Origin: Octopus vulgaris
Taxonomy: Eukaryota
Length of the DNA stretch: 64,000 nt
Direction of reading: 5' to 3'
Assembly: GCA_951406725.2 (NCBI GenBank)
Contig: OX597816.1
Span: 91,326,001 to 91,390,000 of the forward strand
The stretch's first letter is position 1; each line of letters opens with the position of its first letter. A model generated the notes under the pieces. The model searched no databases and was not told where the DNA came from. It saw only the letters and a list, made by a program, of their open reading frames with translations. The translations under genes were made by a program, and so were the position numbers. Positions 37,165 to 49,559 of this stretch are shown here, in pieces.

Positions 37165-38188
37165 TCAGAGGAAGATTAAAGGTAACATTAAACACTGAAA
37201 ATGTAGTGGTAGTAGATAGTTTCCATTATCTAGGTGACCAAGTTAGTAGTGGAGTTGAATGCTCCGAGAGCATAGCTGTGAGAATAAGAATAGGCTGGCA
37301 ACAAAGGGCCTCTCCCTTAGAGTGACAGGCAGATTGTATGAAGCCTGTGTATGAACAGCTATGCTACACAGCAGTGAAACATGGGGTATGATAGCTAAGG
37401 AGAGGCATAGGCTTGAAAGAAATGAAACCAGTATGCTTTGCTGGATGTGCATTGTCAGTGTGCATGTACAACAGAGTGTAAACACCTTGAGAGAAAAGTT
37501 GGGCATAAAAGGCATCAGATGTGATGTGCAAGAGAGACAACTGCATTGATATGGTCATGTGATGTACACGAATGAGAACAGCTGTGTAAAGAAGTGCCGA
37601 TCTCTAACTGTGCAGGGAACTTCTGGTAGAGATAGACCTAGGAAGACATGGGACAAGGTGGTGAAACATGATCTTCAAACTTTGGGCTTTACAGAAGCAA
37701 TGACTAGTGACCAAGATCTTTGGTGATATGCTGTGCTTAAGAAGACTTGTCATGCCAAGTGAAATTGTAGCTGTGGCTGACGCTGGTGTCACATAACTGG
37801 TATGTAAAAAGCACCTTTCAAACATTGGGCCTCACACAGGCAAAGTGGCTGATGCCAGTGGCATGTGAAAAGCTTTTCGAATGTTGGGTCTCATAGAGGC
37901 AATGGCAAATGACTGAGACCTTTGGCATCATGTCATGTTTGAGAAGACCCAAGAAGCCAAATAAAATCACAGTTGTGGCAGATACTGGTGTCATGCAAAT
38001 GGTACCCATGCCAGTGGCACATAAAAGCACCCATTACACTCTCAGAGTTGTTGACATTAGGAAGGGCCTCCAGCCATAGAAACCATGCCAAATCAGACTG
38101 AAGTCTGATGCAGCCTTCCAGCTTGCCAGCCCTGGTCAAACTGTCCAACCCATGCCAGCATGGACAACAGGTGTTAAATGATGATGTT
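37165..38188 (+). mobile_element. RTE LINE 3' portion
   Basis: VVDSFHYLGDQV, MLHSSETW, LREKLGI remnants plus the family 3' UTR. Confidence 0.82.
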
Positions 38189-39033
38189 AGTTCTTTATGC
38201 TAGTTCCATACTGCGACCTGACAATCAATGGTGTTGGTTTGCTTATGACCTTGTAACTTAGTGGTTCAACAAAAATATTCAACAGAATAAGTGTCAGGCT
38301 TGAAAAAACAAAAAATATATATATAGGAGTTGATTTGTTAAACTAAACCCTTCAAGATGGCACCCCAGCACAGCCCTAGTCCAGTGACTGAAACAGGCAA
38401 AAGAAAGTTATGTATATGTGTTTATATATGCACCAGTGTGTGTATGTTTGTGTAGTGCATGATAGATGAATATCATTCATTTCCTATATTCTGTAAGAAT
38501 ATGTCTGACCATAGGGAAATATTATCTTGCTTGGAAACAGGTGAGGGTTGGTAACTTGCAGGGCATCCAGCCATAGAAAAGCTGCCTCAATAAGTTCCAT
38601 CTGACACATGCAAGAATGGAAAAGTGCACATTAAAACAATGATGATGATCATGATGGTAATGATATTAATTTTCACTGCTAGAATCAAATATCTACTATA
38701 TTTCCTAGCAGACAGGTCAGTGCAGTATATAAAGTAATTGTGCAAATATTTAAATATTTCTCTATCTTTGCAAGTCCTGCTATATTTCACATGGAATTGT
38801 TGGTCCTTTAAAGCCATCTTGGTTTATAAGCTAATCTGCCTTTTTTGGTTGTAAATTTTGGTCTGCAGAATTTGACTTGTATGCTGGAAAATATAGTTTC
38901 TCCATAAACTATCCTATATATTTATATAATCCTATATAATTGTTCTTTAGTTTAATTAATGAAATGAAATTCAAGTCCTTTCTCTTTAAATTAATCAGAC
39001 ATTCTAAATACAGATTTCTTTGTTGTTTGTTAG

Positions 39034-39162
39034 AATACAGATTGAAAAGAATGTGACAATACTTGGCAGTATCCCAGAAAGAGAAGAACTTTTCTCATGT
39101 TCCAATGAGGATTTATTTTTGTGGAAAACTGATCATTTATATAATCTCTTTGTGGTAATTGG
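39034..39162 (+). CDS. WDR97: WDR97-like exon
   Basis: tttgttag|IQIEKNVTILGSIPEREELFSCSNEDLFLWKTDHLYNLFVVIG|gtaaga; 129 nt, phase 2-2. Confidence 0.88.
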
Positions 39163-39224
39163 GTAAGACAAATTTATAATTAATGTTTTCACTTTTATTC
39201 AAAGTTACTAATGAATTTAAGCAT

Positions 39225-39615
39225 TTTATCTGATTGAATTCATCCTATGGTTGTGGAACTGTTTCCAGAGAGAAACGCAATCTTTCTGGATGATAAAGCA
39301 CCAATTCACACAGCTTAAGTTGTTACTGAATGGCACAAGGAACATTCTAGTGAAGTTGAACATCTTATCTGGTCACCACAGTCCCCAGATCTCAATACTA
39401 TTGAACATTTATGGTGCATTTTAGAAAAACAAGTAAGGAGTCGATATCCTCCACCATCATCACTACAAGAACTGGAGACAAAAATTCATTTGGAAACAAT
39501 TCAAACTTTGTACCAGTCCATACCTCATAGAATTCAAGCTGTAATTACTGCCCCATATAAAAATAAATTTGTTTGAAATTTTAAGGTGTTTCCATTATTT
39601 TGTTCAACCACAGTG

Positions 39616-39616
<1 letters not shown>
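39225..39616 (+). mobile_element. Tc1/mariner transposase 3' remnant (D36E spacing) with probable right TIR
   Basis: HPMVVELFPERNAIFLDDKAPIHTA*VVTEWHKEHSSEVEHLIWSPQSPDLNTIEHLWCILEKQVRSRYPPPSSLQELE; ends ...caaccacagtg|TA. Confidence 0.85.
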
Positions 39617-39660
<44 letters not shown>

Positions 39661-40002
39661 AAAAGAAGGAAATGGAGAAATAGACTGGCAGACATCAGTT
39701 TATTTGAAGATATTCAAATCCATATAATGAAATTCCATTCCTACAACCATTTCCATATCCAATTAGTTCATTTACAGAAATTAAATTAAATTAATTTAAT
39801 CTAAATTTTCATGTTGAAACTGGTTAATTTTCCAAAAGAGAGTTACCTTTCAATGTGGAACTCAGCAGTAGAACGAGTAAGTTACACAGCAAAACAAAAT
39901 CATTTTACCATCATGCTCCAAAGAACTAGCTAAAAATCAGTCAGATGAAAAATTCTTAGGTATTAAATAATTAGTTATATTAATTTGTATTAATTTGCTG
40001 GC

Positions 40003-40460
40003 AGAGAGAGAGAGAGAGGAGGGAGGGAGAAGGAGAGAGAGAAAGAGAGAGAGGAGGGAGGGCAAAGGAGAGAGAGAAAGAGATAGGAGGGAGGGAGAAG
40101 GAGAGAGAGAAAGAGAGAGAGAGGATGGAGGGAGAAGGAGAGAGAGAAAGAGAGAGGAGGGAGGGAGAAGGAGAGAGAGAAAGAGAGAGGAGGGAGGGAG
40201 AAGGAGAGAGAGAGAGGAGGGAGGGAGAAGGAGAGAGAGAAAGAGAGAGGAGGGAGGGAGAAGGAGAGAGAGAGAGAATGGAGGGAGAAGGAGAGAGAGA
40301 AAGAGAGAGGAGGGAGGGAGAAAGAGAGAGGAGGGAGGGAGAAGGAGAGAGAGAAAGAGAGAGGAGGGAGGGAGAAGGAGAGAGAGAAAGAGAGAGAGAG
40401 AAGAGAGAGAGAGAGAGGAGGGAGGGAGAAGGAGAGAGAGAAAGAGAGAGAGAGAGGGAA
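40003..40460. repeat. Polypurine GA-rich minisatellite
   Basis: ~31-bp units gagagaggagggagggagaaggagagagagaaa; nearly all purine on +. Confidence 0.92.
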
Positions 40461-40704
40461 GCAGATGAGTCATTTAATCAAGCTCCCATATAATCTTTAA
40501 CCTCAGTGTAATAACCAAAAATCACTCAGTAAATATTTTACTGCTTTTTGTGTGTATATGTGTGTGTGTTTCAGTGTGTATGTACGCATGCATGTGTGCA
40601 TGCACGTGTATGTGTGTGTGCATAAGTGTGTGTTTGTGTATGCACACATGAATGTGTGTGTGAGTGTGTGCATGTCTCTGTGTGTGTGTGTGCGTGAGTG
40701 TGTG

Positions 40705-40754
<50 letters not shown>

Positions 40755-40765
40755 TAATTATAATA

Positions 40766-41380
40766 TTAGGGAGTATATCCAAACTTACAGGGAAAAATTA
40801 GATTTAGGAATAATCAAATTTCACAGTATAAATAAAAATTAAATTAGAGATAAAACCACTATTAGGCAACTCAAACAATGATAGACATAAACCAAAACAT
40901 AAAAAAAACAAAAAATAAATATGATTAATATAATATACAAAATATAAGATATAAAATTTAATATTTAAATTATTAAAATTTGAAATTTTAAATTTATATT
41001 TATACATTTTTATATTTTTATATTTAAAAATTTTTTAATTTTTTTAATCTTTTTTTATAACTAACCAAAAAGTATAAAAAAGTTAAATATAATATAATAA
41101 GTATTATATTATATTATAATATAATAGTACTTATATTATATTTAACTTTTTTCATATTTTTTGGTTAGTTATAAAAAAGATTTTAAAAATTTAAAAATAT
41201 AAAAATGTATAAATATAAATTTTAAAATTTCAAGTTTTAATAATTTAAATTTTATATTTTATATATATATTGTATATTATATTAATTGTATTTATTTTTT
41301 TGTTTTTTATGTTTTGGTTTATGTCTATCACTGTTTGAGTTGCCTAATAGTGGTTTTATCTCTAATTTAATTTTTATATT
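40766..41380. repeat. Long asymmetric AT-rich fold-back element
   Basis: Arms ~40832-41105 and ~41128-41377 (aattagagataaaaccactattaggcaactcaaac / gtttgagttgcctaatagtggttttatctctaatt); extra left tail related to 16527-16595 and 54255-54310. Confidence 0.8.
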
Positions 41381-41590
41381 ACGGAAATGTACTTGCATAG
41401 CAAGTGATTTGATCTGAGATCGTGTGCTGAAACGAAAACAATTGCAGCGTGGAAGGTGTTTGTAAGCCATTTAAGAAACACACAAAAGCCGTTCGATTCA
41501 CTTCAACATTTAAGTTTAATTTGTCAAAATATTTTCGTTGCTTTAAGACCGCGACCTGTTCACTGACAAAAATCCATGCTGCATTAATTT
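41381..41590 (-). mobile_element. Penelope-like family A copy
   Basis: Near-identical to 13650-13845. Confidence 0.75.
41520..41570 (-). ncRNA. Candidate minimal type I hammerhead, G3-C8 variant (second copy)
   Basis: UUUGUCA GUGAACA G GUCGC-gguCUUaaa-GCAAC GAA AAUAUU U UGACAAA; one mismatch in stem II. Confidence 0.5.
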
Positions 41591-41613
41591 ATATATATAT
41601 ATATATATATATA

Positions 41614-41916
41614 TTTCGTTTTTGGATTTGGTTTGCAAGATTCTTTATATGAGTTCGTGTGTTGAAGCATATTCTGTTGTGTCTGGGGAGAGTCATTTTC
41701 TTTTTGTGCCTTATAATGTAACACACTCACCAGTAAAATTTTAACTTATTTCTTTTCTTTTTACTTTTTTTCTTTTTATTTTTATTTTTTAAAATTATTA
41801 TTATTATTTTATTTATTTTTATTTATTATAAAAATAAGAAATAAGTGGAAATTTTACCGGTGAGTGTGTTACATTATAAGGGCACAAAAAGAAAATTACT
41901 CTCCCTAGACACAACA

Positions 41917-41922
<6 letters not shown>
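41614..41922. repeat. Asymmetric fold-back element between (TA)n tracts
   Basis: ctgttgtgtctggggagagt...cttataatgtaacacactcacc pairs with ggtgagtgtgttacattataag...ctctccctagacacaacag. Confidence 0.8.
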
Positions 41923-41957
<35 letters not shown>

Positions 41958-41960
<3 letters not shown>

Positions 41961-42166
41961 CCTTCCGGTCATTCATTATGTGACAGTGTATCGTTGGTGA
42001 TTTTTTTTTCCTCCGTCTTCCCTTCCTTGGATCTTACCTTTTTCTATGTTTCTGATGAAGAGCTCCCCTCAAAACGTTAAATCCTCCTTCTTTCTTTTCT
42101 TTCCTGAGCGTCTTCGTGTTGTTGTGTTTTCTCTTTGTGTTTTCATGTTTGGATTAACTTTATATA
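41958..42166 (+). mobile_element. Penelope-like pLTR fragment with degenerate hammerhead
   Basis: uuu CUGAUGA a GAG cuccc CUC AAAA CG UU aaa at ~42048-42081 (G12 replaced by A); related relic on minus strand at ~46681-46800. Confidence 0.5.
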
Positions 42167-42505
42167 TAACTTGCATATATTCAGTACTACAATTATTTAA
42201 TTATCTAATTTGTAGTTTTGGATGTTTTATGTGCTGGCGCCACATACAAGTAACTGTGCTGGTGCCATGTTAAAAGCCCCCAGCACACTCTGTAAAGTTG
42301 TTGGTGACAGGAAAGGCATCCAGCTGTAGAAACCATACAAAATCAGACTGGAACCTGGTGCAGCTCTCCAGCTTGCCAGCTCTGGTCAAACCATCCAACC
42401 CATTCCAGCATGGAAAACAGATGTTAAAGAATGATGATGATGATGAGGAAGAGGATTATCATTTTGGATGTTTTCTGTTCTGATATTTGGACTTATATCT
42501 TCCAG

Positions 42506-42687
42506 CTTCAAAATTATATCAATAAAAATGACAAATCATCCAGCCTACCCTCAACGAGCGATTGTTATCTGCGATGACTTCTCAATAAGAATAATTAATC
42601 CTCATACTGGACAAAACATTACTAAACTGCTGCTGATTTCTGACTGTTCAGTTGATATTGTAGATTGTGTTTATGCAATTTCAGAAG
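42506..42687 (+). CDS. WDR97: WDR97-like exon
   Basis: cttccag|FKIISIKMTNHPAYPQRAIVICDDFSIRIINPHTGQNIT...VYAISE|gtaact; 182 nt, phase 2-1. Confidence 0.88.
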
Positions 42688-43437
42688 GTAACTACAACAC
42701 TTAATTGGATTTTCTTTCATTAGTTCCATATTTTCTGACATTGTAACAAATTAAACATACCAACTTTAATTCAAAGTTTGCTGTTAGCTTTTATACACAC
42801 TCATGTACACACACTCATGCACACACATTCAAGTGCACACACATACACATTCATGTACACATGCACACACATGCACGTGTACACACACGCAGACACACAC
42901 ACACACAAAATTTCATTGACATGTGTATTATCATCTGTTGGGACTGATATATTGACTAGGAGGCCCTGTTTTCTATAGTGGTCCTTGTTAACAACTGATG
43001 TGCCCTCATCTCCCTGTCTACATGTATTGAGAGTCCTTACATTCTGAGTTCAACTTCCAATGAAGTTGACTTACCTTTCATTTTTTCAGAGTCAGTAAAT
43101 TTAAGTACCAGTTAAGCATTGTGGTCAATCTAATCGACTTAACCCCTCTTCCAAAATTTCAGGCCTTGTGCCTATAGTAGAAAGGATTATTATTATTATT
43201 ATTATTGCATGCTTGGCAAAATACTTTAGCGTTTTGTTTGTCCTTACATTCTGAGTTCAAATGCCACTGAGGTCGACTTTGCCTTTTATCCTTTTGGGGT
43301 GAATAAAATAAGTACTAGTTGTGTACTGCAGTTGATGTAATCGAATTACCCCTTCCTTCGAAACTGATGGCCTTATGCCAAAATTTTAAACCATTATTAT
43401 TGTTATCATTATTATTATTATTTTTATTATCATTATT

Positions 43438-44529
43438 GAGTGAGAGAGTAGCACATGCTATCAAAGCAACATTGGGGTATGAAACCCAATATACCCATCA
43501 TGACTATCTGTCTGATAAGAGTACACCAGATACATACATCACAAGCATATGTGCATGACATGGTGATCTCCTATCAAGACAAACAGCACATGACCTTGTA
43601 GGTGGGGCCACTTAGAATTTTCTTCAGGTCGAGTTGCCCATTCTGTCAAAATGTCCCTGAATAAGGGTTGTTTAAAGATGTTGAACAAATGACCCTTGTT
43701 TTCAATGGTGAATTATCCAAACCCCAAAGAATTCCTCTTAACACATGGCTATGATGCTCCCCTATTTCTGTGATCAGAGATGCACATATCATCTGCCACC
43801 AAGAGACATGCTCAACTGATTAAGGTCAAGCAACTGACAAGCAAATCTGTGGTATTGAGCAGAATATTTACTGTAGCCCATCTTTTACACCAAAACAGAA
43901 CATGTACATGATAACACTTCCAATCAGTTAAGATGTGAGCCAGTGCCTGGTATTGCATCAAGACATTATTATTATTGTTGTTGTTGTTGTTGAGTGAGAG
44001 AGCAGTGCATGCTATCAAAGTGACACTGGGGTAAAATATATGAAGCCCAGTATACCCGTCTGATAAGAGTACACCAGGCACATGCATCACAACCATATGT
44101 GTGCGACCACATGTGGTGATCTCATCTTAAAATTAACAGCACATGACCTTGCAGGTGGGGCTCAGTTAGAATTTTCTACTGGTTGAGTAGCCCATCCCAC
44201 TCAAAAGGTCCCTGAATATGGGTTGTTTAAGGATGTTGAACAAAACACTCATGTTTCCAAAGGTGAATTATCCAAACCTCAAAGAATTCCTCTCAACACA
44301 TGGCTATGATGCTCCCCCATTTCTGTGATCAGAGATGCACATATTGACAGCCACTAAGGGACATGCTCAACTGGTTATGGTCAAGCAACTGACAAGCAAA
44401 TCTGTGGTATTGAGCAGAATATTTGCTGCAGTCCATCTTCTATACCAAGACAAAACAATGTACATGATAACACTTCCAATCAGTTCAGCTGAGAATCCAT
44501 GAAAGCCACTGCCTGGTACTGCATCAGGG

Positions 44530-44531
<2 letters not shown>
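43438..44531. mobile_element. Two tandem diverged copies of a ~530-bp non-coding element embedded in (TTA)n
   Basis: Copies 43438-43965 and 43992-44531 both start gagtgagagag and end gcatca.g.ca, separated and flanked by TTA/TTG repeats. Confidence 0.8.
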
Positions 44532-44581
<50 letters not shown>

Positions 44582-45525
44582 GGGTATGCAGCAGTGCACC
44601 GATTTCTGTCTTCACTTCTGATCTCTCTCTCTCTCTTTCTTTCTCCAGCCGGGTAACCTTGTATCTCCTCTATAGCAAGATACCTGTTTCTTTCTCTCTG
44701 TAACCTTTCATCATCTGACACTAGATCACCTTCTCCAATGACCCCCACCTCTCAAACATTTTTTTTTGTCTAGTGACCCTGTCAATCCAGGTGCCACTTA
44801 AAAGCATCCAGTCCACACTATAAAGTGGTTGGCATTTAGAAGGGCATCCATCTGTAAAAACCTTGCCAAAACTGACCTTGCCTATGCTTGTGCTACATAA
44901 AAAGCACTAAGTCCACTCTGCTGGCATCCAGCTGTAAAAATCCTGCCGAAACAGCTGCAGTCTGGTGCAGGCTTCTACCTGGCTGGCTCCTGTCAAACTG
45001 TCCTGCCCATACCAGCATGGAAGGTGGACATTAAGTGATGATGATGATGAGCTGGCAGAATTGTTAGCACACTGGATGAAATACTTACTGGTATTTCGCC
45101 CATCGCTACATTCTGTGTTCAAATTCCCCTCCCCCAAATTTCGGACCTTGTGCCTATAATAGAAAGGATCATCATCATCATCACCACCACTACCATCACC
45201 ACCACCACCACCATCATCATCATCATATAATGTTATATTCTTGTTCCATACTACCAGACTCCATATACTTTTGCTTTTCCTTAAATTTTGTCCTAAATTC
45301 ATGTGAACGTGTGCATGTTTTATTTTATGTAATTGTGCTATTGAATCTATGTGTGTGTGTGAAAGAGAGAGAGAGAGGGAGAGAGTATGACAAGAGAGAA
45401 GAGAGAGAAAATGTTTTTGTGTGATTATATGTACCTTTACTTGCAACTGTATATATATATGTATATGTTGATTATTATAAAAATAGGTTTTAAGTTGATT
45501 TTAAAATAACTTATTTTTTTCCCAG

Positions 45526-45627
45526 ACACCCTATTTGTCTTACTAAAAGATGGATCCCTATTGAAAGCTTCCACATTAAGAAATCCATGTCAAATTATGA
45601 GTATATGGACATATAATTCCCCATCAG
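45526..45627 (+). CDS. WDR97: WDR97-like exon
   Basis: tttcccag|DTLFVLLKDGSLLKASTLRNPCQIMSIWTYNSPS|gtatgt; 102 nt, phase 1-1. Confidence 0.88.
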
Positions 45628-45763
45628 GTATGTTACAAAATCATAAATCAGTTCATATTTTTATCAATAGATGGTATTACTGTAACGTTGTCAGGGCAGA
45701 TTTCTAACTAATATTTTATCTAATAATAAAAGAAATGGCTACTATAAATGGTTCAGGCAATAA

Positions 45764-45794
<31 letters not shown>

Positions 45795-45954
45795 GTGTGT
45801 GTGTATGTGTAGCCTTTGACTTTAGTATCCAAAGTTTTTTTTAACCCAGTATTGTCATGTTATTATTTATAGCTTTATTTGTTTTCAGATCTAATATTCC
45901 CATAAAGCAATTGTTTCACATGCCCTCAAAGCTTATAAATTTTAATATCATATA

Positions 45955-46624
45955 TCTATATATATAAAACTGTAGTTGTGTGTGTCTGTCTCCTACGATT
46001 TAGATTCCTAACTACTCCCACATTTTGCGGTGCAGTTTAACCAAATTCGAGTATCTTATAGTCGTGATTCATATCGAGCCTGTCTGGGTATTAGCGCATG
46101 TCTACGATGAGTCTACGATTTTGAAAATAATTTAACATAATTTTTTCCATTTTAACGCATATTTTTTCGTGTGTCGATGGCGGCGGAGTTGGCGTCCATG
46201 GTCACACCTGCACCTGTGTTGCTTCTCGCCCTTCTTCCCTCCCTCGTGAAGCTGTGGGGAAGGGAGTGTAAGGAAATCAACGTCGTAAAGCATTGTCAAG
46301 GAGACCAGCGTTCTTTTAGAACAACGACTTCATGGCTTGAAGACACCAAAACAGAAATGGTTAAGAAAGCGTCTACGATGAGTCTACGATTTTAAAAAAA
46401 ATTTACCATCATTTTTTCCATTTTAATGCATTTTTTCGCTATTATATAAGGGAAGTAACTCTCTAAAAATGTCTACGATGAGTCAACGATTAAAAAAAAA
46501 TTACCATCATTTTTTATTCCATTTTTAATGCATTTTTTTGCTAATTTTTTTGCTATAACTCTCTAAAAATGCTTATATAGTTATTTCCCTTACAAACCCG
46601 AGCAACGCCGGGCGATACTGCTAG
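45955..46624 (+). mobile_element. Non-autonomous Helitron-like element, copy 3 (longest)
   Basis: A^TCtatatatataaaactgtagttg...cccgagcaacgccgggcgatactgCTAG^T; three internal gtctacgatgagtc repeats. Confidence 0.85.
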
Positions 46625-46646
46625 TATATATATGTAAAAGAAAAGA

Positions 46647-46677
<31 letters not shown>

Positions 46678-47652
46678 GTTCAAAATTTACAGAAAATGAA
46701 AGACGAAGACAAGTGGAGGAACAACAAGTAGGTGTATTAGTTTAATGCTCCTAAAGAATGGAAAAAATTTTGACAATTCGAGCCTATGCTCTTTATCTAA
46801 CTTATAGTAAATCTTTTTGAAGAAACACTTTTTATTTTTCTTCTTTTAAGAATATATTTTTGTTTGATATTCTAATTCCAAATGTATGCAAGTTCAATTC
46901 TGTAAAAATTTGTACACAAATTTGAATTTTTGTAATCCCTTTTCAGTTTCTACTCAAACATAATCCCTACCCTAACTCAAAATTGTAATCCTAAGTGCTA
47001 ACATAAAACCCTAACATTAAATACTAACCCTCAGTGGAACGAGAAAGAGTAAGCTATGAAAGATGTGTGTAGAGGAAAGAGAGAGAGAGAGTGAGAGAGA
47101 ATGAGAAAGACAAAGAGTGAGCACAGAGCGAGAAAAAGCGTGATATGAAAGACATGTGCGTGTGTTTGTAGAGAGAGAGTGAGAGGGAGGGATGAGAAGA
47201 AAGAATGAGTTTGCTTTAATTGCAAATATAGTTGTAGGAGTAAGTTACTTTCATTCGTGTATGTAATGTCATAAGTCTAGGTGTATACATGTTAATAGAG
47301 TAAACCTTTGATCTTAATCATTCCTTTTCTTAAAGTTGACAGCATGTCACATACACACATACATACATGTATACACACAAATGCTGGTTTCATTAGTTAT
47401 CGTCTGTCTGCTACAATATGGCTTTGTAAACTGATTGAAAGACGTGCTCGTATGTATCCCTGAATAACAGCTGTATTAATGTTGCCATCCCACTGTCACT
47501 CCATATTTGTCACCTACATAACTCTGTTCTCCCCTTCCCTGATATTAGTCACTCTCCCTATGCCACCTTATTTCCCTCACACCAACACACTTGCACCCTT
47601 CTGATTTTATCCAAAAATAGCCCATCCTACCTTTACAATTTTATAAGTTATA

Positions 47653-47699
<47 letters not shown>

Positions 47700-47703
<4 letters not shown>

Positions 47704-48290
47704 CATAGGTTAATGGAGGTGCTTGGTGTATCAGATAAAAATGAAGATGAAATAGAGACTTATAACCTAGAAGACAGCTGAGACATTGTACAAGATAATC
47801 TACAGAAAGCTACAGACCAGAGCTGTGGTCAAGAGATGACTTACAAGAGCAGTGCAAGCAGTGTACAAAGATGCAGTCAGTGAAGCAAGAGTTGACAAAG
47901 AGTTCAGTGAGGGCTTTAGTATGCAATGAAATCTATCACAGCTTGATTCTAGGGTTCCTTCTAGTTATTGTAGTTCTCCAAAACCATAACATAGGAAGTT
48001 AGGATTGCTGTCCAAGGAACATACACAAGTGACCTAGCACTTATTATAGAAAAAGAAGAAGATTTAGAGAAGAAACTGCAAATGTATAAACAAAAACTTG
48101 AATCAAAAAGCATCAAAATACACTTAGCAAAGTTTTAGTAAGTAGGAAAGAAGAGAGGATTCTTCTACTACCAGGGAAATGGCTGTACTCAGTATTAGGC
48201 AGAAATTCTATATATTGTCCTCTATGGGCTCATAAGATATATAGTGGAAACAAAAGCAATGAATAAAGACTTCAATGTGGCAAGCATAAT
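47700..48290 (+). mobile_element. Highly degenerate RTE RT remnant
   Basis: Residual similarity to 2880-3400 (agacagctg, gagcagtgcaagc..tgtacaaagatgcagtcagt). Confidence 0.55.
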
Positions 48291-49170
48291 GCTGTATAGG
48301 TTGTATAGTCTGTTGATAGTCTCTATTTTCAACAGATTTTTGAAAATGTTGTCTTCGAAGAATGTAGCCTAGAGGTTAGAGGTCTTTAACTCATGATCAC
48401 AAGGTTGTGAGTTCAGTTTCTGAAATGATTGATGTATTGTGTCCTTGAGCAATGCCTTTCATTTTACGTTGCTCCTGTCTACTCAGTTGTAATGAATACC
48501 AGCCAGGGTGCTGGTACAACCCTCTCTCTCTCCAGCTGTCATATTCTGGATATTTGCTGACCCCATCAAGTGTCTTTGGACCAAGAAGGTATCTATGTCT
48601 GTTTGGGTTAATTAATGAAAGCATAGTACATACTACTAAGTCATACTTGCTTGCAAAGGATTGCTGGTTATCCTGAACTTGCAGCACATCTTTTTTAAAG
48701 TTCACTTCTTTTCTTTTTGTTTTTGTATCTTTGAGAAATACGAAAACTTTAATTGAAAGTTTCCTGCAAAATATATTGAAAGACATCTTTTTGTTCAGTT
48801 TAAATCTAGTTGTTCAGGGATTTCTATTTAGGATATTACTTGTAGATATGTATTTTCACTTGTGGATGCATATTTCATACACTTGTTTCTTATGTATTGT
48901 TTGGTGCATGTTTTTTCTTTGACACAATATGATTAATTAACTATTGCCACTATGCTGGTTGTGAAGGCACATAGCCAAGTTTGTTAGAGCAGCAAATTCG
49001 CAGTCGAGGGACCGTGGGTTCAAATCTCAGACTGGGCATTGTGTGTGTTTATGAGCAAAACACTTAAGCTTCATGCAGATGTATGTGTGTGCATGTGTAT
49101 GAAATCCTCTGTGAAACCATAAATTTCTGTTTCAACTGCAATGTTTAATTCTCTATTGATTACTTCACAG

Positions 49171-49388
49171 TTCATTTCAGCTCTCTAGTTTTATATGAAC
49201 ATGTCATAAATTTAACCCAAAATGTAAACATGCCCTCTGCCCTGAAATTACTTACTACACAAACTATCAAGTCAGGTGTTATGGCAGCTCCACCAAACAC
49301 AAATCGTACAATACTTGTTGCTGGAAGATTCAATGGAGAAATTTGTATCCTGGACTGGTTTGAAGGAACAATTAATTTTCAAATACAA
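49171..49388 (+). CDS. WDR97: WDR97-like exon
   Basis: cttcacag|VHFSSLVLYEH...NRTILVAGRFNGEICILDWFEGTINFQIQ|gtaagg; 218 nt, phase 1-0. Confidence 0.88.
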
Positions 49389-49559
49389 GTAAGGTTTATA
49401 TTTCAGATCCTCTTTACTGATTTAGGTTATTGTTAACACAACTTGATATTCTTGCAGCTAATTTCTGCCATTTATTTAAAGCATTGTTATTATACTTAGT
49501 CTGAGAAGGAATTGCATTGCAGGCCTCATTTGTGTTTGTGATTGATATTCAGAGTAAAC

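Noticed and set aside
39937-40493. ER/SL-rich ORFs of 120-180 aa
   Set aside because: Translations of a GA minisatellite; no splice or homology support.
46960-47032. Interstitial telomere repeats
   Set aside because: Only scattered degenerate CCCTAA motifs, not a TTAGGG array.
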